From a phage: a DNA stretch of 64,000 nucleotides. The first letter of the stretch is position 1. Every line of letters begins with the position of its first letter. The stretch lies in the sequence record PZ386978.1. One strand, given 5' to 3'. The notes under the pieces were generated by a model. That model was given only the letters and a program-made list of their open reading frames with translations, did no database searches and was not told the origin of the DNA. Position numbers and translations under genes: made by a program. Below are positions 30,856-40,385 of the stretch, in pieces.

Positions 30856-31013
30856 AAATTTTACTGTCACTTGGTAGTGTAGCAGTATTTGTTTACCTTC
30901 TTTGCAAGTACTATGCAGAGCACAAGAAGTGTGATTACTGCAACGGGGAAGGGTATACGAGAGCAGGCTGTTGCCCTATTTGTGGTGGTTCTGGTAAAAT
31001 GTTTAATAAGTAA
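30837..31013 (+). CDS. hypothetical small membrane/zinc-ribbon protein
   Basis: ~58 aa ORF below the track cutoff: hydrophobic N-terminus then CDYCNGEG...CCPICGGSG. Confidence 0.3.
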   Translation: MQAYWIEILLSLGSVAVFVYLLCKYYAEHKKCDYCNGEGYTRAGCCPICGGSGKMFNK

Positions 31014-31041
31014 TTTAACAGTAAACTAAGAGGAAAGTATT

Positions 31042-33408
31042 ATGCGCATGGTAAACGACCACGCAGAAGTGATTAAGAGTTCAACTTCTTTGGAGACATC
31101 TCAAGCACAGATTACAATGACACCTGAAATGTTCAGCCTTTTGAGTTCAGGTGTATACACATTCAAAGAAAGGGCAGTAATTCGTGAACTGTCATGTAAC
31201 GCAGTAGATGCTCAAAAAGAAGCTGGAAAAGAGAACATCCCATTCCATGTGCATTTACCTACTCGATTTGAGCCTTACTTTGAAGTCCGTGACTTTGGAA
31301 CTGGTTTAACCCATGACAAAGTAATGAGTTTGTATCTGAACTATGGGGCTTCTACGAAGAATGACTCCAATGATTACATTGGTGCAATGGGTATCGGCTC
31401 AAAATCCCCATTTGCAATTGCTCAGTCATTCACAGTATCTAGCTATGTTGATGGTGTTGTTAATAAGTACTCTGTTTACCTTGAGAATGGTATCCCTCAA
31501 GTAACTAAGCTTACTACCAACCCAACAAATGAACCCAATGGTTTAGCTGTACGTGTAGCAGTTGCTGACCATCGTATCTCAAAGTTCTTTGAAGAGGCTG
31601 GTCACGTATACTCATACTTTGCTGTAAAACCAGAAAGTAATATTGTGTACGACGATGTATTAGCAGATATGAACGTCATTGCCCGTGAAGAGGGTGTTTA
31701 TGATGCCATGATTCATAAGCAAAGTTGGCGCTCTAGCGGTAACAGGACAGAGTTTAATGTGGTGATGGGTAATATCACCTATCCAGTTAACATGGAAGCG
31801 TTACTTGGTGATGATTTCTTCAAAGTCTTGCCAGAATTTTTCCGTAGGAGCGTAGACCTTGTAAACATCTACATGCCTATCGGTTCAGTTGCTATTGCAG
31901 CTTCTCGTGAAGCATTGCAGATGAATGATACGACAAAAAATGTTATCATTGAAGCTACTAAAAAGATAACTGAAGCAATTACAAAGGATGTTATCAAGAA
32001 AGTTAACAGCCAACCTACACTCATGGATGCTGCACAGGCTTATGCTGAGTTACGTTTGAACTCACGAGAGATGTTTAATGCTGTGTGTCCAAAGCTAGAG
32101 TGGGGAGGCGTTAAGCTTGATTCTCTGGAAGAAGAATTACTAAACATTCGTCGTGGGATTATCTACGCAGAAGACGGCTCAGTCATTTATGAACGTGACG
32201 GTAAAGGTAATATCAAGGTTGATAGGAACGGGAACAATATCCCTAAAGTGGATTATCTTTATAACCCAGTTGCTTATGTCAAGTTCAACTCTTTAGAGAG
32301 TAAGATTCGTGCAACAGCACTTTCCTACACTCAAGAGGCAAGTATGTTCAATATCTTTGGTGCAATGCGTAAAAGCCAAATTGAACAGTTTTTGTTCGTG
32401 ATTAATGACCGTCGTAATAAAAATGGCACTGAGAAGACTGTAGGCCGCAATCAGATTCTGCGTGGTGCATGTCGAGACTACGCTAACGAGTCAAGCCTGT
32501 TCCACAGATACAATGGTATTGTGTTTGTATTCTCGACTGAAAAAGAGTTAGATGATTTAATCAATCTGCATAAACTTGATAAAAGTTTGTTAAAGATTGT
32601 GAAGATGTCTGATAAGGAACACCATTATCAGCGTAAAGAAGCTGTGAGGGGTGTTGTAAAACTCTGGAAAGCTGTTCCATCAGAAACTAAAGCTTCATAC
32701 ACAGAGGTGTCAGAAGACCTAGATACAATTGAAGAACCCCAGCTTTATATCAAGGCAGTAGGCGACACAGTTGATGGTGAATGTTTTTGCTCATCCCCAG
32801 AAGATGTAGCTAAAACAATTGCTAATTTTATAGGAAAAACAGTCTATGTTTTCCGAAAAGCAAATTGGAAAAAGATACCAGAAGACTGGATTGAAGTAGA
32901 TGAGAAGCTATTGAATGACAGCTTAACTGATGTTCACTGGATTAATCATAACAGGTATATGACACGTATCTATATGAATGGTGTCCTTGACCTTACAAGT
33001 AGTTGGATTATTGCCAGAAACTTTACGTTTAATAACAAGAAGATTTCTCGCGGGTATTGCTATTCACGAGATACAAACAAAACCATCTTCTTAGAAGGTA
33101 ATGAGAATGCTGTTGAGGCAATGTTTGGTAAGATTCAGTATGTGGCTGCACCGTTTGCATACACTTACACTATCAGTGTTCTTCAGGATTTGAAGTCATG
33201 CCTTGACAATGATACAAAACTGTACAAAAAGATTAAGAAAGCGGGTGACCGCATGGTTATCAAACTGACAAACTACCTTTCAAAAAGAAAACAAGAAAAC
33301 TTCTTGCTTTCCCATTTAGATTGGAATAAAGTGTCACCCATCGAAGTGAGTAAGTTCTTAGGCTTTGATGTGAAGTGTGTTCCAGAAGGGACTACAATTT
33401 ACGATTAA
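31042..33408 (+). CDS. rIIA: rIIA-like protein (GHKL ATPase-like N-terminal domain)
   Basis: N-terminal motifs RAVIRELSCNAVDA, VRDFGTGL and SNDYIGAMGIGSKSPF closely resemble T4 rIIA as I recall it. Confidence 0.75.
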   Translation: MRMVNDHAEVIKSSTSLETSQAQITMTPEMFSLLSSGVYTFKERAVIRELSCNAVDAQKEAGKENIPFHVHLPTRFEPYFEVRDFGTGLTHDKVMSLYLNYGASTKNDSNDYIGAMGIGSKSPFAIAQSFTVSSYVDGVVNKYSVYLENGIPQVTKLTTNPTNEPNGLAVRVAVADHRISKFFEEAGHVYSYFAVKPESNIVYDDVLADMNVIAREEGVYDAMIHKQSWRSSGNRTEFNVVMGNITYPVNMEALLGDDFFKVLPEFFRRSVDLVNIYMPIGSVAIAASREALQMNDTTKNVIIEATKKITEAITKDVIKKVNSQPTLMDAAQAYAELRLNSREMFNAVCPKLEWGGVKLDSLEEELLNIRRGIIYAEDGSVIYERDGKGNIKVDRNGNNIPKVDYLYNPVAYVKFNSLESKIRATALSYTQEASMFNIFGAMRKSQIEQFLFVINDRRNKNGTEKTVGRNQILRGACRDYANESSLFHRYNGIVFVFSTEKELDDLINLHKLDKSLLKIVKMSDKEHHYQRKEAVRGVVKLWKAVPSETKASYTEVSEDLDTIEEPQLYIKAVGDTVDGECFCSSPEDVAKTIANFIGKTVYVFRKANWKKIPEDWIEVDEKLLNDSLTDVHWINHNRYMTRIYMNGVLDLTSSWIIARNFTFNNKKISRGYCYSRDTNKTIFLEGNENAVEAMFGKIQYVAAPFAYTYTISVLQDLKSCLDNDTKLYKKIKKAGDRMVIKLTNYLSKRKQENFLLSHLDWNKVSPIEVSKFLGFDVKCVPEGTTIYD

Positions 33409-33487
33409 AGTGTTTGACAAGGGGCTTCAAAGCCCCTTAGAATAGCCTTACAAAATGATTTATTAACTAACAAGAGAGAGTAATAAG

Positions 33488-34597
33488 ATGACTATTAAAA
33501 CTAAAGCACAGATTGACGCAGAAATTTACAAACTGGTTAAAGAGGGTAAGCTGACTAAAACAGCTATTGCACAGAAATTTAACACCTCAACCCGTTCAGT
33601 CGGTCGTGCTGTAGAGCGTCATGAAGCAACCTTAAAAGGTAAGAAAAAGGTAGCTTCTAAACCAGCTACGAAGACTTTGAAGCAAGTTGCTAAATCAGTT
33701 AAAAAGAAAGCTGGAAAACCAGTTGAAAATGTTGTTAAAGAGACTGTACAAAAGGCTCCGGTAAATAAACTACACGAAGCTATGCAGAATGGTAACCAGA
33801 TTGAGTATATGATTACTGGCGATTCTGTTATCATGACTTTCGGTGCAGATTCTGAAATCGTTGAATCTACCCATCCGAACTACAAAGAAATCGTAATGGC
33901 TGTTGTATCCGGTGAGTATAAGAAAGCTTTCGAACTGATGAACATTCGTAAGTCTATCGAAAACTTCACTCAGGGTGCTATCACAATCAAAGGTGACAAG
34001 CTATTCTACGGTGCTGTTGAGATGCGTTCTACTCTGGTTGACCGTATTCTTCACATGATGAAGACTGGAGATAAAGGTTTTGAACGCCTTGTGATGTTCT
34101 TCGAAAAACTGATGGAAAACCCATCTAAAGACTCTGTAGAACAACTTTGGGGCTTCGTATCTCACCTTGATGTTGAAATTGATGAAGAAGGTTACATCAT
34201 TGGTTGGAAGAAAGTATCTACTCGTGAAGGCAAGCTGGTTGACTCCCACACCTACAGAGTACCTAATGATTTGGGTAACATTGTAGAAATGCCACGTTGG
34301 ATGGTTGATAATAACCGTAACGTGACTTGCTCTCAAGGTCTTCATGTTGGTGCTTGGGATTATGTTCGTTGCTTCTCAGGTGATACAATTCTGAAGGTTC
34401 GTGTCCATCCACGAGACGTTGTATCCGTACCAACTGATTACAATGATATGAAGATGCGCTCGTCTCGTTATGAAGTTGCAGCAATCGTTGATAATCAACG
34501 TAAAGTGCTGAAAGCATGGGATGGCAAGACTGAAGCTTTGCATGTCATCGTTGGCACTGCTGGAGAACTTATCTCCCAACGTAAACGTGAAATCTAA
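33488..34597 (+). CDS. rIIB: rIIB-like protein
   Basis: C-terminal CSQGLHVG...VRVHPRDVVSVPTDYNDMKMR matches the T4 rIIB C-terminal signature as I recall it; follows rIIA. Confidence 0.75.
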   Translation: MTIKTKAQIDAEIYKLVKEGKLTKTAIAQKFNTSTRSVGRAVERHEATLKGKKKVASKPATKTLKQVAKSVKKKAGKPVENVVKETVQKAPVNKLHEAMQNGNQIEYMITGDSVIMTFGADSEIVESTHPNYKEIVMAVVSGEYKKAFELMNIRKSIENFTQGAITIKGDKLFYGAVEMRSTLVDRILHMMKTGDKGFERLVMFFEKLMENPSKDSVEQLWGFVSHLDVEIDEEGYIIGWKKVSTREGKLVDSHTYRVPNDLGNIVEMPRWMVDNNRNVTCSQGLHVGAWDYVRCFSGDTILKVRVHPRDVVSVPTDYNDMKMRSSRYEVAAIVDNQRKVLKAWDGKTEALHVIVGTAGELISQRKREI

Positions 34598-34614
34598 TAA
34601 GTAATTTCTTAAAA

Positions 34615-34637
34615 GGCTGCTTCGGCGGCCTTTTTTA
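34615..34637 (+). terminator. intrinsic terminator
   Basis: GGCTGCTTCGGCGGCC followed by TTTTTTAT. Confidence 0.6.
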
Positions 34638-34697
34638 TTTGTATTTTGTGCAGAGTGCTGTATAATTGTTGTCACGATAAACTAAACAGGAGAACCA

Positions 34698-35246
34698 ATG
34701 AAGAAATTGATTCTAGGTTTGTGCTTAATGTTTACAGCACACTTATCTTATGCAGTTGACTGCCCAGAGCTATCAATTAGCCAAAAAGTAAACATGTTAA
34801 AAGCTTACCAGTATGGTGAGAATAACATGGGTAAAGGTTGGGGTATCACTCTAGCTGCTATAGCCTTACAAGAGTCAGAGTTAGGTCTGAATGTAGAGAA
34901 TAAAAAGACACATGATTATGGTATCTTCCAGAATCACTTGAAGACTGTTGTAAAGCGTAACAAAATCAGTCCTAATGTGGCTAAAAAGAAACTCTTAAAA
35001 GATTTTGACTATGCTGCAAAGGAAACACACAAAGAGCTTGAATTTTGGACTAAGGTACACGGTCAACCAAAGTCAAAGAAGACTTTACAAAAAGTTTTAG
35101 CATCATATAATGCTGGGTATTCGTACAGAATCCCTAAAGCTAAGAAATATTCTCAAAATGTCTATAACAATATGAAAGTCATCGCTCAATGTGAATTTGC
35201 AACAAACATTTCTAAGGTAAATCATGAAAAAATTAAGAAAGTCTGA
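34698..35246 (+). CDS. putative secreted lytic transglycosylase-like protein
   Basis: Signal peptide MKKLILGLCLMFTAHLSYA; ALQESELG...YGIFQ resembles the SLT-domain catalytic region. Confidence 0.45.
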   Translation: MKKLILGLCLMFTAHLSYAVDCPELSISQKVNMLKAYQYGENNMGKGWGITLAAIALQESELGLNVENKKTHDYGIFQNHLKTVVKRNKISPNVAKKKLLKDFDYAAKETHKELEFWTKVHGQPKSKKTLQKVLASYNAGYSYRIPKAKKYSQNVYNNMKVIAQCEFATNISKVNHEKIKKV

Positions 35247-35919
35247 TGAAGTACTGTGTCATGCTTATGACTTGCATCCTCATGAGTTAGGGCTTGATTC
35301 CTGTATATGGACTCCAGAACAGTGCAGGGATTTTGAAGACACTGCAAGAGAGGTTGCATGTTCACTCGAAGAGTTCCACACATCAGAACCAATTGTGAAC
35401 GTTGTGGACAAAGAGACTGGACAATCTATAGGTGTAAGACGTGACAGTTTAGTCATAGTCAATAAAGACCTTGTAGAAAAAGGTAACCTCATCTTAGCAG
35501 ATATTGATGGTGTTCTTACAAATTTTAATCACGAAGATTGTTCAACGGAATTGACTGATGGTTCATTTTCACAGTACACTAATCTTCTTGACTCTGTAAG
35601 AGCAAAACCAACGTATGTTTTCAATATCATTGATGCAATTGCTAATCATGCTGCCGTTGGACTCTTGACAGCGAGAGGCGAATCTCAGAGAATACCCACT
35701 GAGATGTTTTTAAGGCATAACACAGAGCATGATTATATGCTTTTTATGCGTGGTTTTGGAACTAACTCTATAAGTGCAGAAAGTTTGAAAGTGAGGATGA
35801 TTCAGTCTTGCATTCTGCCTTACTTTAATATAGTATGTTTTATAGAAGATACAGAGAAGAATGTGCAGAAGGTGAACAGAATCCTTCCACACATCAAAAC
35901 CATGTTAGTTAAACATTGA
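35224..35919 (+). CDS. hypothetical protein
   Basis: 231 aa ORF. Confidence 0.45.
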   Translation: MKKLRKSDEVLCHAYDLHPHELGLDSCIWTPEQCRDFEDTAREVACSLEEFHTSEPIVNVVDKETGQSIGVRRDSLVIVNKDLVEKGNLILADIDGVLTNFNHEDCSTELTDGSFSQYTNLLDSVRAKPTYVFNIIDAIANHAAVGLLTARGESQRIPTEMFLRHNTEHDYMLFMRGFGTNSISAESLKVRMIQSCILPYFNIVCFIEDTEKNVQKVNRILPHIKTMLVKH

Positions 35920-35929
35920 GAGAAAACTT

Positions 35930-36394
35930 ATGAACAATATCATTACGGTAGCACTGGACGTTACGGCAAACAAATCTGAAGTAGTTCGTAACATTATCAA
36001 GAGCAACTTTGAGGGTAAAATCTTCCGTGCTGTCAATGTAAAAGCAGACGGCAACATCCGAGAGTATCGTGCTCTTTTGAATGTTAAGAAACACGTCAAA
36101 GGTTCTGGTTCAACGACTGCACACAAAGAAAACCTGATGACTATCTATGATATGGGGATGGCCTCAGAATTAGGTGCTGAAGGTATCGTTAAAGAAGGTG
36201 CTCCGTACCGCTCTTTCAATCTGGAAACTGCTCTTATGCTTTCCTTTACAAGTGGTTCTAAAACAACCACTTATCTCTTTACTGATGCTGCAACGGTATC
36301 TGCTATCAAGGATAACGCTATCAAAGCTGGGGTAGCTGCTGCTGCAAAAGCTTCTTCGATGGCTGCAAATGTCCTTGCTAAAGTCCTCGGTTAA
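35930..36394 (+). CDS. hypothetical protein
   Basis: 154 aa ORF. Confidence 0.45.
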   Translation: MNNIITVALDVTANKSEVVRNIIKSNFEGKIFRAVNVKADGNIREYRALLNVKKHVKGSGSTTAHKENLMTIYDMGMASELGAEGIVKEGAPYRSFNLETALMLSFTSGSKTTTYLFTDAATVSAIKDNAIKAGVAAAAKASSMAANVLAKVLG

Positions 36395-36404
36395 GGTTAA
36401 GATA

Positions 36405-36428
36405 CAGGCTCCTTCGGGAGCCTTTTTC
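36405..36428 (+). terminator. intrinsic terminator
   Basis: CAGGCTCCTTCGGGAGCCT followed by TTTTC. Confidence 0.6.
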
Positions 36429-36446
36429 ATTTCAGGAGATTGTTAA

Positions 36447-36794
36447 ATGACATTTAAAGAGTTCTGTCAAGCTACTTTCATAATTGTTTTCTTAGTTGGG
36501 GCAGGTGTCTGGGGAGGATACTCTTACAGAGACTACCAAGTTGCTGAAACTGAGCTAAACAATCAAAAGCTCATAAGTGTTGCTAAAGATGCTTATCAGG
36601 AAGGATTAGTTACACTGAGCACCAATTACAAAAATGATTTGAAAGATGTGCTTGCTAAGAATAAGCACACAAAAGAGGTACTAACATATGAAAAAACTAA
36701 GCCAGAGTTTTATAATGTTTGTGTTACTGATAATTATGTCAGGGTGTTCAACGAACAAAGTGAACAGTACATTCAAAAACTCCCAAGTAAGTGA
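36447..36794 (+). CDS. membrane-anchored protein, possible i-spanin
   Basis: N-terminal transmembrane helix FIIVFLVGAGVWGG then soluble domain; an overlapping out-of-frame lipoprotein ORF begins inside its 3' end. Confidence 0.35.
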   Translation: MTFKEFCQATFIIVFLVGAGVWGGYSYRDYQVAETELNNQKLISVAKDAYQEGLVTLSTNYKNDLKDVLAKNKHTKEVLTYEKTKPEFYNVCVTDNYVRVFNEQSEQYIQKLPSK

Positions 36795-36957
36795 GAGTGA
36801 TAAGTACACTCAAGAAGAATCACGGTATATCGTCAAAGGCAACACAGGCAGTGATGTAGCAGCAGCACTTGAGTTCTACCGTGACGGCTTTTACCAGTGT
36901 ACAATTAAAGCTAATAACCTTATTGACATGATTTTATTAGGGAATAAGCAGCAATGA
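36688..36957 (+). CDS. lipoprotein, possible o-spanin
   Basis: Signal peptide with lipobox LLIIMSGC|S; starts within the preceding gene in another frame. Confidence 0.4.
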   Translation: MKKLSQSFIMFVLLIIMSGCSTNKVNSTFKNSQVSESDKYTQEESRYIVKGNTGSDVAAALEFYRDGFYQCTIKANNLIDMILLGNKQQ

Positions 36958-37223
36958 CAGAGAATCAAGACACTTTCTATGTAGAAGGTTACTTACTGTT
37001 GCCACGACCAAAAGAAACTTATATGCGAATTGATTTCTTACCAACCATTATGGATAATGTGATGTGCCATATCTTTATGCAAGGTGTCACAGCACAACTT
37101 AAACATGTTGGTAAAGAGTGCAAAATAAAGATTGACACTCATCCAGAAATCAAAGAGAATCACTACACATGGTTCTTACCAGACTCTAAAGAAATCTTAG
37201 CAGTTCTTAAAACGAGGAAGTAA
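36954..37223 (+). CDS. hypothetical protein
   Basis: 89 aa ORF. Confidence 0.4.
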   Translation: MTENQDTFYVEGYLLLPRPKETYMRIDFLPTIMDNVMCHIFMQGVTAQLKHVGKECKIKIDTHPEIKENHYTWFLPDSKEILAVLKTRK

Positions 37224-37225
37224 CT

Positions 37226-37552
37226 ATGCAGATTAATGGAAGAGACTTTGTAGCCGTTTACTACGAGAAAGGTAAAGAAGTTGGCGTAGCACAAGTATCT
37301 TATGGCAATGGTAAGTGGCTATATGGAACAATCGCAGTAGTAGGAACAAGAAGTGATACAAAAACTTTTAAAGATTGTGTTGAACTTCTTGAAGAATCCA
37401 TCCATAATCATTGGTGTCTGATATGGATGACTGATAACGAAGTGATGGAGCGTTTCAAAAAGATTGATATCCACATTGACAGTATTGAGCATGTTGATTT
37501 ATATGAGCTAACTGAGAAGGTAAACTATGAAAGTAATACTAGCCAGAGATAA
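37226..37552 (+). CDS. hypothetical protein
   Basis: 108 aa ORF. Confidence 0.4.
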   Translation: MQINGRDFVAVYYEKGKEVGVAQVSYGNGKWLYGTIAVVGTRSDTKTFKDCVELLEESIHNHWCLIWMTDNEVMERFKKIDIHIDSIEHVDLYELTEKVNYESNTSQR

Positions 37553-37754
37553 AAAGACACGAAAACTTATCAGGTCAGCAGTGTTCATTGGACGAAATGA
37601 GGTCATCCCATTTACAGCAAATGATGTGATAGTTTACAGGAAAAACTTAGTATTCACTGACTGCTTACGTGGCTTCATCTCTGAACCATTGGAAGACTTT
37701 AAAAGTCGTTGTGGTAAAGGTATCATCATTCAAGAGGCAATTATTCATGGCTGA
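37527..37754 (+). CDS. hypothetical protein
   Basis: 75 aa ORF. Confidence 0.35.
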   Translation: MKVILARDKKTRKLIRSAVFIGRNEVIPFTANDVIVYRKNLVFTDCLRGFISEPLEDFKSRCGKGIIIQEAIIHG

Positions 37755-37947
37755 CTTCTGCAAAGACTGTTCTATCGAGATGTTTGGACGTGATACAGGT
37801 GCCTTAAAAGGTCTCATCACTGAAGATGACTTTAAAGCTGGCTATGCAATGCCAGTAATCTGTGAAGGTTGTGGGTGCATCTGGGTAGACCACGAAGGGC
37901 AACGTGTAAAACCTTCAGAAGATAAAGAATCTTGGGAGAGATGTTAA
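37747..37947 (+). CDS. hypothetical small Cys-rich protein
   Basis: Start at MADFCKDC; CxxC...CEGCGC pattern suggests a zinc ribbon. Confidence 0.4.
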   Translation: MADFCKDCSIEMFGRDTGALKGLITEDDFKAGYAMPVICEGCGCIWVDHEGQRVKPSEDKESWERC

Positions 37948-38733
37948 ATGGGCATTGTAAAAATCATCAATGGTGATATCTTTGCAGCATTTGATAAAGG
38001 TAAGTTTGACGTCATTGGTCACGGTTGCAACTGTATGAATTTAATGGGTGCAGGTATCGCTGACAAGATTTCTAAACTTTACCCAAAAGCATATGAGACC
38101 GATACAGAAGTTTATCTATATGCAGGTGGTATAGGCCACAAACCCTGTGAAAATTTACTGGGTAATTTCTCTGTAGCACGTTTAAAACAAGGTCGCATAG
38201 CTAACCTTTACACTCAACTTAAGACTGGTAAAGATGCCAGATACAGTGCTTTAGAGTCATCTTTGAAACAGCTTAACAGATACTGTGAAGTCAACCAGTT
38301 GAAGAAGGTTGGTCTACCTATGATTGGTGCAGGTATCGGTGGGCTAGACCCTCAAGCCGTCACAGTTATCATTAATCAGGTGATGAAGAGTGTAGATGTG
38401 TATCTTTATGTCTACGAAGGAGAGATGTACCACAAGTTACGCTCAGGTTGGAAGAACTACTGTGAACCAGAATACTTTGCAGGTGTAGTAGTGTTCACTA
38501 ATGATGCAGTTACCCTCTTCAGACGAAGAAAAGGTAAGATACATCAAAGTAACCCTCCGGTTGAAAAGATGTCTCTAAGTAACGCTCTAGTTACCCACCT
38601 GTCGAAGAGCAGTCACAGGATTGCAGTAACATTTGGCAGTGATGCAGATGCTTACATCTATGCAAGAACTGATGAGGATATCGAGACGGTTTTCTCTTCA
38701 CCAGAGCTTACCTTCTTAGACGCAAAGAACTAA
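37948..38733 (+). CDS. macro-domain-like protein (ADP-ribose binding/processing)
   Basis: N-terminal NGDIFAAFDKGKFDVIGHGCNCMNLMGAGIADKI follows the macro-domain pattern GDI...D.IVNAAN...GGGV..AI. Confidence 0.5.
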   Translation: MGIVKIINGDIFAAFDKGKFDVIGHGCNCMNLMGAGIADKISKLYPKAYETDTEVYLYAGGIGHKPCENLLGNFSVARLKQGRIANLYTQLKTGKDARYSALESSLKQLNRYCEVNQLKKVGLPMIGAGIGGLDPQAVTVIINQVMKSVDVYLYVYEGEMYHKLRSGWKNYCEPEYFAGVVVFTNDAVTLFRRRKGKIHQSNPPVEKMSLSNALVTHLSKSSHRIAVTFGSDADAYIYARTDEDIETVFSSPELTFLDAKN

Positions 38734-38805
38734 GAAACTTCGTAGTATATTCACAATAGACTAAGCCTTTCTTATCTGGTAAATTTCTCAGGTAAGGAGG
38801 GCTTT

Positions 38806-38992
38806 TTCATTTCAGAATTGTGCAGGTAGAGTTCTGTAGAGAAATCTATAGAGAAAATTTTGAACTCCAAAGAGAAAATTCATTTTCAAACTGTGCAGGT
38901 AATCTCCAAAGAGCTTTTTCATTTTCAAAACGTGCAGACCCCGCTCAGGTCGGGCAAGAAAAATCATTTTAGAATTGTGCAGGTAGGTGGGT
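38806..38992 (+). repeat. four direct repeats, consensus TTTTCATTTTCARAAYTGTGCAGGTA (iteron-like)
   Basis: Copies near 38814, 38879, 38926 and 38963, spaced ~45-65 bp, in the 500 bp non-coding gap upstream of the small-gene array. Confidence 0.6.
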
Positions 38993-39162
38993 GTAGGTGG
39001 GGCTGTCGCCATTTCTCACAAGGCTACCACATCTGGAAATAAAAGTCAACAGAAAAATTTGTAGCGGATTGAAAAATAATTCTTGATTGTAGTTCTGTTT
39101 TGTGGTAGTCGCGCGCACCCGTTTCATTACAATCTTTGCAAAAAATATTTTTAAAATTCCTA

Positions 39163-39191
39163 TTGACTCTTTGAGTATGGTTATCTAATAT
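39163..39191 (+). promoter_or_regulatory. sigma70-like promoter for the small-gene array
   Basis: TTGACT at 39163-39168, 17 nt spacer, TAATAT at 39186-39191. Confidence 0.55.
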
Positions 39192-39241
39192 TTGCATCAG
39201 ACGGGCAATCAAGCCCACTTCCTAAACTGGAGAATCTAAAA

Positions 39242-39448
39242 ATGCTTTACAGTCGTGAATTGATGGTTACAACTAACGTTAACACAAAGGTAAAACGTTT
39301 TTACATGCAAATTTGTGGCGTATGGTCTAGAATATCAGAGGCTGACTATTGCAACTATGTAGAAACAGCTATAAACTCTAATTGCTACCTTACAAGAAAT
39401 ACAAGAAAGTACATAAGACAGACAGCAATTTACTACTACGATAAATAA
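39242..39448 (+). CDS. hypothetical small protein (array ORF1)
   Basis: 68 aa; preceded by conserved leader CCTAAACTGGAGAATCTAAAAATG. Confidence 0.5.
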   Translation: MLYSRELMVTTNVNTKVKRFYMQICGVWSRISEADYCNYVETAINSNCYLTRNTRKYIRQTAIYYYDK

Positions 39449-39538
39449 AAAGTACTTTACAGGGGGCTTATAAGGCTGTACAGTAAGCCCCAGATAAAGA
39501 GCTTTACCACATTAACCCTTAAACTAGGAGATTCTAAA

Positions 39539-39919
39539 ATGGCATATCGCGCACCTAAATTCATCAATAAAGACAACTTTCGCAACGCACTGGAGAAGTC
39601 ACTTGATGAGAATTTTAAAGGCAACGTTATTGTTGTTCACTCGTTTAATTTCAAGTATGATATCAACGGGAATAAAATCAACCATTACACGGCAACCATG
39701 ATAGATGGTACACTATCAAGTGAAAAAGCCATTTTGCATGCACTTGCTGGACGTGGTAAAAAACTGATAAAATGCGATAAGAGACGTTATCAGGGTGGCG
39801 CATATGGTTATGATGATACTGTTTATCATCTTGAAAATATGGGCTATCAAGTAGAAAAAGCTGGAGTATCACAAATCATCGGGAGTGACGGCTATGTGAC
39901 AATCTTCAAAATTAAATAA
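39539..39919 (+). CDS. hypothetical protein (array ORF2)
   Basis: 126 aa; conserved leader upstream. Confidence 0.5.
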   Translation: MAYRAPKFINKDNFRNALEKSLDENFKGNVIVVHSFNFKYDINGNKINHYTATMIDGTLSSEKAILHALAGRGKKLIKCDKRRYQGGAYGYDDTVYHLENMGYQVEKAGVSQIIGSDGYVTIFKIK

Positions 39920-40007
39920 AAAGTACTTTACAGGGGGCTTATAGTTCGATAAAGTAAGCCCCAGATAAAGAGCTTTACCACTAAATCCTAAATTGGAGAT
40001 TCAAAAA

Positions 40008-40298
40008 ATGGCTATTATCAAAAACGTTGTAATTCCTGCAAAAACTCGTGATGACGCTCGCATCATGGCGAAAAAGTTAGGCGGGAAAGTGGTTGACAAT
40101 GGAAAACAATCTGCTGTAAGATGGGGTGTGAAGGCTGATAAACAGTTGAAGTTAAAAAATTCACCAATAAACCTTTTTACATGTGTAAACACTATCGGGA
40201 AGACAAATGTATACACGAAAAAGGCATATATTAGACGCGTAGCCTTAACATCTCCCATTCGTACAATGAGAAGCTATGCAAAGCTAAAAATTAACTGA
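40008..40298 (+). CDS. hypothetical protein (array ORF3)
   Basis: Start at MAIIKNVV right after conserved leader GGAGATTCAAAAA; track ORF begins 15 nt upstream inside the leader. Confidence 0.5.
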   Translation: MAIIKNVVIPAKTRDDARIMAKKLGGKVVDNGKQSAVRWGVKADKQLKLKNSPINLFTCVNTIGKTNVYTKKAYIRRVALTSPIRTMRSYAKLKIN

Positions 40299-40385
40299 TA
40301 AAGTACTTTACAGGGGGCTTAAAAGTTGATATCTTAAGCCCCAGATAAAGAGCTTTACCACTCAATCCTAAACTGGAGATTCAAA

